A stretch of 64,000 nt of DNA from Vitrella brassicaformis CCMP3155 (taxonomy: Eukaryota > Protista > Chromerida): the NCBI GenBank assembly GCA_001179505.1, contig CDMY01000385.1, positions 124,001 through 188,000 of the forward strand. The letters are read 5' to 3'. Position 1 is the first letter of the stretch; every line of letters starts with the position of its first letter. This document shows, one piece after another, positions 35,150 through 44,948 of this stretch. A program made the translations under genes and the position numbers. The notes below the pieces were generated by a model, which saw only the letters and a list, made by a program, of their open reading frames with translations, was not told the origin of the DNA and ran no database searches.

Positions 35150-37423
35150 ATGTCGTCGCAGATTCAGTCGAACGTGGTGCGGAGCGGCGTCCGCCCCGGC
35201 CACCGGCCGCAGAGCAACGATGGGGAAGTCAACATCCCCATCAGGACGGCCACCAACGAGAGCGAGACCGCCGTTGGACAACTGATGGACGTACGCCAGA
35301 CAGAGACACACAAACGGACGTGACAGACACCCACACGAGAGTGACTGTCGGGTGATGGGGGTCCGTTGTTTCGCCGCGTGTGTGTTCCCAGAAGGTAGGC
35401 CTCAGCAAGCGCAGCCCCCAGGAGATCCAAGAACGTCGCGAGGCCAACCTGCACCGCGCTGAAACACTCGAGGTATGCCTCCCTCCCCACCTCCAGAGCT
35501 CTTCAGCCCCACCCACTCATTTTCGCCCACTCTTTCTCTTCCTGTCGTCTGTCTGTCTGTCTGTCTGTCTGCAGAAGTTGCGCACCGAGGGCATCAAGGA
35601 CAAGAATGAGGGCAAGCTCGACGCAGCGGAGGAGCGTCGCAAGAACGAGATGGCCAAGAAGGCTGAGCACGAGAAGAAGAAGGGCGACAAGCGGCAGCAG
35701 GTCATCGAGCGGGCCAAGGAACTCGAGAGACAGAAGCAGGAGGAGATGAAGAAGAAGCAGGCCGGCAAGCTAGATGAAGCAGAGCAGCGGAGAAAGAAGC
35801 AGCTCGAGGACAAGGCTAAGCGCATGGCGGAGCTCGCTGCCACCGAGGAGCACGTCCAACGCGCGGCTGAGATTCAGCAAAAAAACGTCGAACAGATCGT
35901 TTCCAAGACGGCAGGTAAGTGTACGGGTGGGTGAGTCAGAGAGTGGCACGATCGTGACATCTGTCTGTCTGTCTGTCTGTCTGTCGGTGTGTGGTTCGCA
36001 CAGGGAAGCTGGATGCCGCCGAACAGCGCCGCCTGGACCATCAGGCTCAAGTGGCCAAGCGCATGGCCGAGCTAGCCGACACCGAGGCGCAGGTCAAGAA
36101 GGCAGAGGCAATGGAGCAGGCACGCAAGGAGGACATCATGGTGGGCACTCACCAGCGCAGAAAGCTGACCGACCAACTATGTGTGGGCACCCGTATCTCG
36201 TGTCTCCTTCTGTCTGTGAATCAATCAATGTGTCTGCAGAGTCGTCAGTATCGATTCGATGAGGCCGAGAAGAGACGGCTGGAGCACCTCGAGAAGGAGA
36301 AGGAGCGCATGCGTGAGCTCGGGCAGACGGAAGAGGTCGAGAAACGAGCCAAGGAGATCGAGGAAATGAAGAAGAAGGCCATCATCGTAATTAAAACGCA
36401 CTCTCGATCTGACGTTGATGCCGTATCCGGTTCATTCTGCCCTCCTACCTGTGTGTCTGTGTGCGTGTGCAGGACAAGACGGACGGCAAGCTGGATGCAG
36501 CCGAGCAGCGCCGCATCGAGCACCAGCGAGAGGTTTCTCGCAGAATGAGTCAGCTGGCCGATACCACCGCGCAAGTGCAAAAGGCCGAGGCTCTCGAGGA
36601 GGCCCGCAAGGAGGAAATCCTGGTATCGCAGCCTTTCGCCACAGACACACACACAAAGAGGGAGAGAGGGAGAGAGGGAGAGGGAGAGAGGGAGAGAGAG
36701 GGGGAAGGTCTGTGTCATGCCCATCAACGTAGCGACACAGACACGTTTGTGTGTTTGTGTGTGTGTTGTGATCCTGATCCTGCAGGCAAAGGCGGGTCGG
36801 TTCAGCGAGGCAGAGAAACGGCGCCTGGAGTTCCTCGAGAAGGAGAAGGAGCGCATGCGAGAGCTCGGCCAGACCGAAGAAGTGGAGAAGAGGGCCAAGG
36901 AGATCGAGGAAATGATGAAGAGGGCCATCATTGTACACACACGCACACAGACACAGACATCCCACCCGCGGCAAGCTTCGAATGGCTTGTTTGTCCATCC
37001 CTGTGCGCATCTCATCTGCAGGAGAAGACCGACGGCAAGTTGGATCAGGCTGAGGCGCGCAGACAGTCAATTCTCGACGAGCGCAGAAGACGCATGTCCG
37101 AGCTGGGCGCCACCGATGAACAAGTGCAGCGGTAATCAATAAATCCACTCACAACACGGTGTTGGGCGAGACTGACACGCACTGATGTGCATGTTGAAGA
37201 CACATTCTTCATACCCTCTATGATCTAACGCCATCTTACCTTACCATGGCTGCGCTGCCTTCCCTGTTCGCGTCTGTTGTTTCTTTAATTCAGTGCTGGT
37301 GAGATAGACCAGGCCCGCCGGTCATCGATAGCCGCCAAAACCGAGCAGAAGCAGGCCAAGGCGGAGGAGACAAGAGAGATCTACAACCAACTCATGCACC
37401 GCGGATCCAAGGAACACATGTAA
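35150..37423 (+). CDS. Charged alpha-helical protein with seven 49-51-aa tandem repeats (stathmin-like, putative tubulin-binding), 9 exons
   Basis: Repeat heads GKLDAAEERR, GKLDEAEQRR, GKLDAAEQRR, YRFDEAEKRR, GKLDAAEQRR, GRFSEAEKRR, GKLDQAEARR. Exons 36240-36386, 36473-36622 and 36786-36932 are 49/50/49 codons with phase-0 GT-AG introns. Last exon 37294-37423 ends 'RGSKEHM*'. Confidence 0.85.
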
Positions 37424-38123
37424 TGACGTAGAAAGGCACTGTACTGAGTACAGTACGTGTGGTCGATTGACAGGATGCAACACACATACACACACACGTG
37501 GGGCGGGGGGGAGGGGAGGATCCATGTCTGCGGTGCGACACCGAGGGCGATAGTCACATAGCGATAGTGAGAGAATTTGTTGTACAGCGCGGCTGCCTGA
37601 GTGCCATCTACATCTATCTGCTGTTGTCGTCTTTTTCTTTTCCTTTCCTTTCCTTTGCCTTTTCCTCTGGCCGGCGTGGCCTTGGGGGGGTGAGGTGTGC
37701 AGTCAGCAGACAAGAGAGAGAAGGGTGTGGTCTGGTCAAAAGAAGTGTCAATTGTTGCGCCATTTGCTGCCGCTTGTCTATCTGTCTGCTTGTCTGTCTG
37801 TCTGTCTGCCTGGGTGTGTGTGTGAGTCTCCGACAGGATGCATGTGTAATTCGCTGTAGTGTAGTGGTTAGCAAGTCACAAAAAAAGACTGTGCAAAACG
37901 AAGCGATAGTGGCCACGCGACACTCACACACTCTCACCCCCTGACACACTGCCTACATGATCATGAATTGAAGATGCCGACCTTCAAAGTCTCTTTGCGC
38001 CTCCTTTCAACGCATGTGAACCCATCAAAAAGTTGCAAAAAGTCCGAGACATTAACCGATTCATAAAGTCACACCTGGGCGATGCCAATTGGGGCCGAGT
38101 GTGGGGCGGGGGGGGGGGGGGGG

Positions 38124-38423
38124 NNNNNNNNNNNNNNNNNNNNNNNNNNNNNNNNNNNNNNNNNNNNNNNNNNNNNNNNNNNNNNNNNNNNNNNNNNNNN
38201 NNNNNNNNNNNNNNNNNNNNNNNNNNNNNNNNNNNNNNNNNNNNNNNNNNNNNNNNNNNNNNNNNNNNNNNNNNNNNNNNNNNNNNNNNNNNNNNNNNNN
38301 NNNNNNNNNNNNNNNNNNNNNNNNNNNNNNNNNNNNNNNNNNNNNNNNNNNNNNNNNNNNNNNNNNNNNNNNNNNNNNNNNNNNNNNNNNNNNNNNNNNN
38401 NNNNNNNNNNNNNNNNNNNNNNN
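38124..38423. other. Assembly gap (300 N)
   Basis: Run of 300 N flanked on both sides by G homopolymer. Confidence 0.99.
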
Positions 38424-38480
38424 CGGGGGGGGGGGCTCGCCTTTCCTTCGGTACTCACACCTGGAGGCTTTTACACATCC

Positions 38481-40182
38481 ATGATGACTGCTCTAGCTCT
38501 GTCGGGCTTGGTTGTGCTCCTGCTTTACCCCGCCTTCTCACTCTGCACTGACTCGGCCGCCCACCAGAGCAAGAACGTCCTCCGCCATGGGGCTTTCGAA
38601 GGTCGGGCGCTGGAGGCCGCCACTCCCACGGCGGGGATGCCCATAGCCCTCGAGGAGGCCATGTGTGTGGAGCAGGAGATCGAGAATCCCACAGGGGCCA
38701 AGTTCAAGGTCAAGGACTGCCACCGCATCTACGCCATCGGCACGCAGTTCCTTAGCGAGCTGCCAAGCATGGAGAACCTCGGCAGCTCCCCCAAGTTTAT
38801 CATCCAGTGCGAGGACACCAAGGCCGAAAAGGGCCAAGCAGAACGCCTGTGACGGTTCGCGGTGGACGCACTTCGTCGTCACCTCCTGCTGGGTCATGAA
38901 GGCTAACACAACGGCCGGCGGAGAGGCGGAGGAGAAATTCGACTGCGGCTTTGCAAAGCTCGACGAGGACCAGTGCACGACTAAGATGAATCGGTGCGAG
39001 AGGGAGTGGCGGGAGATCATCACCGACCCACACTCGGTGCAGCTGGCGGGCATTTTGGGGGCCAACCGCATCCGCATCAACCACCACTGCCTGCCCAGGG
39101 ACCTCTATGCCGTCAACATAGTCTCCAAGGAAGCCGCCGGCGAGCAGATTGAGATCCCTTGCGAGATTCCCACCAGCTCTGTCATGGTCCGCGAAGCCGT
39201 CTATGGCGACAACTGGTGAATTCTGACACGACCACACGAACGAGACACACGCCATTTGTGTGCTTGTTGCGCCTGCTCTGCGTCACGCAGCGGCACAGAC
39301 AAGGCTTTGGTGCAGACGCATGAGGCTTTCCAGGCGTGTGAGCGTGCCCCGGGTGTGTGTCGCTACACGGTCAAGGGCTTCACGGACCGCGACTACCTGA
39401 GCAAAAAGGGGTGCGACACGCGCAACTTCTACGCCATCTACAGCTGCGAGGTGAGCAAGGAGACCCGGCTGATCTACAACAAGCTGGGCGAGATGGTGGA
39501 GCGCAACAAGAGAGAGCAGCAGGAGCTCGACAAGGTCAAGTACAGCGAGGCCGACCTGCGGGTGTATATGCTTTACACCTTCAAGCAGAACCGGGACTTC
39601 ACGGCATTCAATGACAACGAGAAGCGGTGCTTCCGCTGCTTCATGGGGCTGACCGACGCCAACGCCGAGGGGGTGGGGGTGACCATCGACAAGGTCAACG
39701 AGGAGATTGACAGACTCACCATGCCACCTGTCAAACTAGACTGCGCCCAGCTGAGGGAGGACACACCAGTCCATTCCCCCCACAGGCCGAGAGCTCAATA
39801 TGTACCTTCCTTGTCTGGCTGTGCGTCTCTGTCTGTGTCACCCTGTGAGCAGCAAGGCAAGTACGATCTCTTCGACTGGCTCAAGAACAGCACTCAGTGT
39901 CTGTCTCAGTGCAAGGGCCCCTGCCAGCGCAACACCGACCTCATCGAGTTCATCAGCAACTGCACTTCAGCCGCCGGAGGGGCTGCTGCTGCTGCAGGTG
40001 GTGCTGCTGCTGGGGCCACACCTGCGGATGCAGCCGCAACAGTGGCTGCAGAGGCTGCTGTGGCGGCTGTGGAGCTGACACCCCTGGCGACCATACAGGA
40101 GCACACACAGCTGATGCAGCGAGTCAGCCAGCACCACCAGGAGCATCAGCAGGAGCAGCAAGCAGGAAGACAACAGGCCTAG
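38481..40182 (+). CDS. Secreted Cys-rich protein containing a SUEL/rhamnose-binding (Gal_lectin)-like domain; apparent 1-nt frameshift near 38831
   Basis: Signal peptide 'MMTALALSGLVVLLLYPAFSLC'. After splicing TG|gtgaat...ag|C it reads 'IEIPCEIPTSSVMVREAVYGDNCG...QACERAPGVCRYTV...KGCDTRNFYAIYSCE', matching the C..(V)..A.YG..C....C....C....C....Y.C SUEL pattern. Confidence 0.65.
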
Positions 40183-40465
40183 GTTACGTACGTCACTGAC
40201 GAGTGAGTGAGTGGGTGGGTTGGCCGCTATCGCACCTGGGCGTAGTGTGTTTGTTAGATATCTGTGACTGTGAAGCTTTTTCTGACTTGCTCTGTGTGCC
40301 ATTATGTGTTTCTGTCCGTTCATGGCATGGTTGACTGACACTCTCTGGTTGCTTTGGTGGTGTGCCCTGGTCTGCCGGGCGAGCGCATGAAGTTAATGCC
40401 TCATCAATCCATCAATCCATCTCGCTAACACGGCCCGCTACCCCCTACTCCAACGGTCTGGCTAG

Positions 40466-43400
40466 CTACATGTCCATTGCTGCCGGCGCTGCTGCGGCTC
40501 CGTTGGCTCCTTCCTCCGCTGCTGTGTCGCCCCCGTCTACGGCCATTGGCATGGCTACCTGGGTGTCGTCATCCCCACGGCTGCCAGAGCAGAGCACCGC
40601 CTCAACCACCTCCCAGAACAAAGGACCAGCAGGGGACTGGAATCTCTTCAACGCACATGCTATCTGCCACACAAGTACAGATGAGATGCAGAATCAGGCA
40701 ACCTCTGGGTACACCAACCATCCCCTTGTGTGCTCTTGTTTGGGTGTGTGGCTCTTTCCGACCTCCATAATGTCGTCCAGGAATGGCGTCAGCCACAGGG
40801 TGGTGTCCTTCTGCTGCAGCAGCTGCACCAGGCAGTGCAGCCCGATGGCCACGTACCGGCTCGACGTGATGCTCTCCACATCCCCCGCACGCACACTCAC
40901 ACTCACACCCGTGTCCAAGCTGCTGCTGAATGTGCTGGAAGGGTCGTCCACCAAGGGGATAGAGATGATCGGCTGCAGCTCCGACCGCAGCACACCCACT
41001 ATCGGCCGGACCACCAGCTCCCTGCCCGATGACGGCTGCGGGGCGTCGGCTGCAGCAGCAGCAGCTGCTGCTGCTGGTGGTGGTGGTGGTTGGCCGGTGC
41101 TGGTGGTGCTGGTCACCACCAGCTGCTTCAGGACGGCGGGCAGGTGGTCACTCACCACCAGACACATCAGCGTCAAGGCGGCTGCATCGCACCCACACAA
41201 AGAATAAAGAAAAAGGCACTGCAGGCCAGATGTGTGTGTGTCTGTGCCTCTGTCTGACGTACCGTCTCTGCATTGGTTAATCAGTAGGATGAACTCGTGC
41301 GTCTGTTTGTTGGCCCCAGATGTGGATGACAGCGACGGGCTGCCCCCCAGATAGGGTGCGAGCAGCCACGGGAGCGACTGCTTGAGCACGGGAAGCAGCA
41401 TGGGAGACCACACCTGTCAGTCAATGTCATGCCGACAACGACATACAGGAGGACCACAAACACGGGTCTGTTTGGCTGGGCAGGTTAGGTTACACAAACA
41501 CACATACCCACCTCTGTATAAGTGGTCGACACGAGTTGCGTCATGGTGTCCAATGCGGCCTTGGCCACCCCCAGGCACCGCTTGAGCCACTCGAGCCTCT
41601 CGCTGGTCACCATGCACATCCACCCACCAGACCCACCACCCCGACCACCCCCAAGCCCGCCNNNNNNNNNNNNNNNNNNNNNNNNNNNNNNNNNNNNNNN
41701 NNNNNNNNNNNNNNNNNNNNNNNNNNNNNNNNNNNNNNNNNNNNNNNNNNNNNNNNNNNNNNNNNNNNNNNNNNNNNNNNNNNNNNNNNNNNNNNNNNNN
41801 NNNNNNNNNNNNNNNNNNNNNNNNNNNNNNNNNNNNNNNNNNNNNNNNNNNNNNNNNNNNNNNNNNNNNNNNNNNNNNNNNNNNNNNNNNNNNNNNNNNN
41901 NNNNNNNNNNNNNNNNNNNNNNNNNNNNNNNNNNNNNNNNNNNNNNNNNNNNNNNNNNNNNCAGACCCACCACCCCGACCACCCCCAAGCCCGCCCCCAC
42001 CCCCACCCTCCGCCGCCTCCTTGCCCATCTGCGCCAACACGCTCGCCTTCTCACGCAGCACATCCGGGTACACCCTCGTGTTGGCGTCCATGACCCGCAG
42101 CACCCTCTCGCCACTTTGTCTCACCAGCCACTCGCCCCCCTCCTTGCCAGCACCCTCAGCCCGCCCCAGCAGCACCAGCAGGGTGCGGATGCAGATGTCA
42201 GTGGCCATTGCCACGTTGACGAGGAAGGAGGTTGGCAGGGCGTGTGGCGGCAGGCTGAGCGCCATGGTGGCCTCCCACACCTGCAGGACGTCGAAGAGGG
42301 CCGACACGAAGCCGTAGTGGATGCCCTCGCCAGCCATGAGCATGTCCTCCCCTTCCGCGTTGTTGTCGTCTGACGCTCGGGCGAGCGAGTCGTAGCGCGA
42401 CAGCCGGCTGGCCCTCTCGACGATGTCATCATTGTTCTTTGAGCCGCGGTCGTCCTCCTTGTCGATGACGATGCTTGCTGCACCCGCTGCTGCGGCTGTG
42501 GGCTGGTCACCACCCCCTCCGGCCCCTGCAGCGATGTTGTCGTATGATGGCATCCGTGAGTGTGATTGGGAGGGGGGCATCTGGAGGGGGACTGGGATAG
42601 GGAGAGGGGGCTGGATGGGCGGCGCGGTGCCGATGACGATGTTGAGGTTGTCGTCGTGCTGCAGCAGGGCCGCCAGCACGTTGGGCAGGTGGTAGAGGAA
42701 CGACGCTGCACGGTGCAGCTGAGAGGGGCTGACGGCTGGGGGGCTGTCGGCTTCGGCTGTGGTGGTGTTGTCGCCGTCGCTTGTTCTGGTGCGCTTGAGT
42801 TCTTCGGCGTCGGCGTGGTCCTTGAGCAGGGAGAGGGTGTGCTGGCAGACCTCGCTCAGGATCGCGCTCAGGATGCTCATAAGTGACGGCAGCTACACCC
42901 ACACACACAAACACACACACACAAGGACCGTCAGAAAGGTCTTTCCTCCCGCCCACCTTTGACAAGGAGGCCGTCTTCTTGGCGCCGTTCCCGGCTCGGG
43001 CAGCAGCAGCGGCTGCAGCAGTGGTGGTGGTTGTGGTGGTTGTGTCGCACGCCGTCTTGTAGAGGGCGTTGAGTGCTGCGGTAATGGGGTTGACGCGCTC
43101 GGTGGATGTCAGCCACTGGTGTGGGGGGGTTCGTACGTCACGGTGCCGCTGACACAAGGTACGGGCGATGCGACGAAGCTCTGGTTCACACACACACACA
43201 CACACACACATTCAGACAGGCAGCCACGTGTGTGTGTGTGGTGGTGTGTGAGTGTGTCCCTGCCTGCTACCTGTGTCCAAGGCGTCCGCTTCGTTCTCCC
43301 GCTGCCGCTGCCGCTGCAACTGCTGCTGCAACTGCAGCGCCTCAGCCCACGGATGACCGTGAAGCTGAAAATACCCTGGTTGCGGCTGCGGCTGCGGCTG

Positions 43401-44748
43401 CGGCTGCTGCTGCTGCTGCGGCTGCTGCTGAGGCACAATGATGCACCCAGGCCGTGAAGGCGAGGCCGACAATCCCAGCTGCTGAGCATGGCGCGCAAAC
43501 CCCTCACCGGTCGGGGGACCACTCGGGGGCGACCGCGAAGGAGCCTGACCACCGTGTCGGGTCACCATCACATGCTGCTGCTGCTGCTGCTGGGCAGGTG
43601 GCGGGCGGGCCACATCACGGTTTTTCGTTGGAGGCCGACCACGGCGCTTGGGCGGGGGAGGCTGGTAGGGGTATGGCCGCTGCTGTGGCGGCCTGGGAGC
43701 AGCAGCAGGTACCATGGCGTATGAGTATTGCGATGGCCTTGGGGCGTTGGGGGTGCGTGAGGGGACATTCAGTGCGGAAGGCCGGCCGTAAGACGATGGG
43801 GGTGGCTGGTGCGTGGGGCGGGGATTGGCGGCGGTGGTGGGGTGGCCGCCCGCGACCGTCACGTACTCGAGAATGTACTTCTCGTACGAACGCATGAGCC
43901 TGCAACAGGCAAAGACGACGACAGCAGATGGACGGATGGATGGATGGAGAACGCGCACTCAGTGAGTGCGACTTTTCGTCTCGTCTGTCTGCACACACAC
44001 AGACTGACGTACTCCTGGGCTTCCGCGTATGTCTGCAGGCAGAGGAGGGAGACCCACACAACAGCCAGAACAGCACGTGGTGTTGGGCACAGCACACACA
44101 CAAAAGACAGACCCGCACTGCAGTGCACTCACCGGTGCTGTGAATCCCAGTTTGGAGCAGCACATGGCCCACATGTTGTTGCGGTTACACTGCTCATACC
44201 CACCCATATCCTCCACCTGCACACACACACACACACACGCACACGCACACACACACACACCGAGGCGCAGAGATACAGAGGGACACACATACACCCAGAA
44301 GAAACGTGGTTTGGCTTGCCCACTGACTGTTCGGTAGACGTCATAGACGTTGAGTCGTTTGTCCTTCTTGGGTCCGTCCGTCGGCTTGGGGAAGCGGATG
44401 ATGTTCTGACCACAACACACACACACAACACATGTCAGCAGATCGCCTCATGCGCGCGTGTGTGTGTGTGTGTGAGTGGTCGTGTGGCGTACGATGCCGC
44501 TGCCCTGCTCCTGCAGACACACCACACACATCAACACACCACAACATGCACCAACACACGACAACACAACACAACACAACACATGGAAGGAATGGAATGG
44601 ACGGGCACCGGTGTGTGTTGTGTTACCTGCAGGTGGTTCTTCAGGCCCTCCATGAACGTCTGCCGATCTGTACGTATGTGCAGCAGGCCGCCACTGAGTG
44701 CCATGCACCTCATTTGTGTCAGATAGATGCATGCTTACCGAGCAGCAT
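40466..44748 (-). CDS. ARID/BRIGHT DNA-binding protein with AT-hook, Q/P-rich region and helical C-terminus (ARID1/SWI1-like chromatin factor)
   Basis: Spliced exons 'MLLDRQTFMEGLKNHLQ', 'NIIRFPKPTDGPKKDKRLNVYDVYRT', 'VEDMGGYEQCNRNNMWAMCCSKLGFTAP', 'LMRSYEKYILEY' form an ARID. AT-hook 'PPPKRRGRPP'. ARM-like downstream exons. It spans the N gap at 41662-41961. Confidence 0.8.
41662..41961. other. Assembly gap (300 N), probably a false gap
   Basis: The same 34-mer cagacccaccaccccgaccacccccaagcccgcc occurs on both flanks. Confidence 0.97.
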
Positions 44749-44948
44749 GGCTGGCTGGCGACGCTTTCTTTCGTTTATTCGATCAGATCTCAGCTGTCAC
44801 CTAGAGCACCAGCACCAGCAGCCCTTCACTCGTGGGCACGGTGCCGATTCGATCAGCGAAAAGCTCGCAGGTGAGGGAAGGAGGGGAAGGAGGGAAGGAG
44901 GCGCTGCGACAGCTGACTGCTTTCACGCCAGATCTTGGCCTCCAGCCG

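Noticed and set aside
35576-37131. Regular ~150-nt repeats as a possible CRISPR-like or satellite array
   Set aside because: They are protein-coding exon repeats with GT-AG introns and synonymous divergence. There are no invariant palindromic repeats and no cas genes.
38090-38440. G-runs beside gaps as telomeric or G-quadruplex elements
   Set aside because: There is no telomeric repeat unit, and the true length and content are hidden by Ns.
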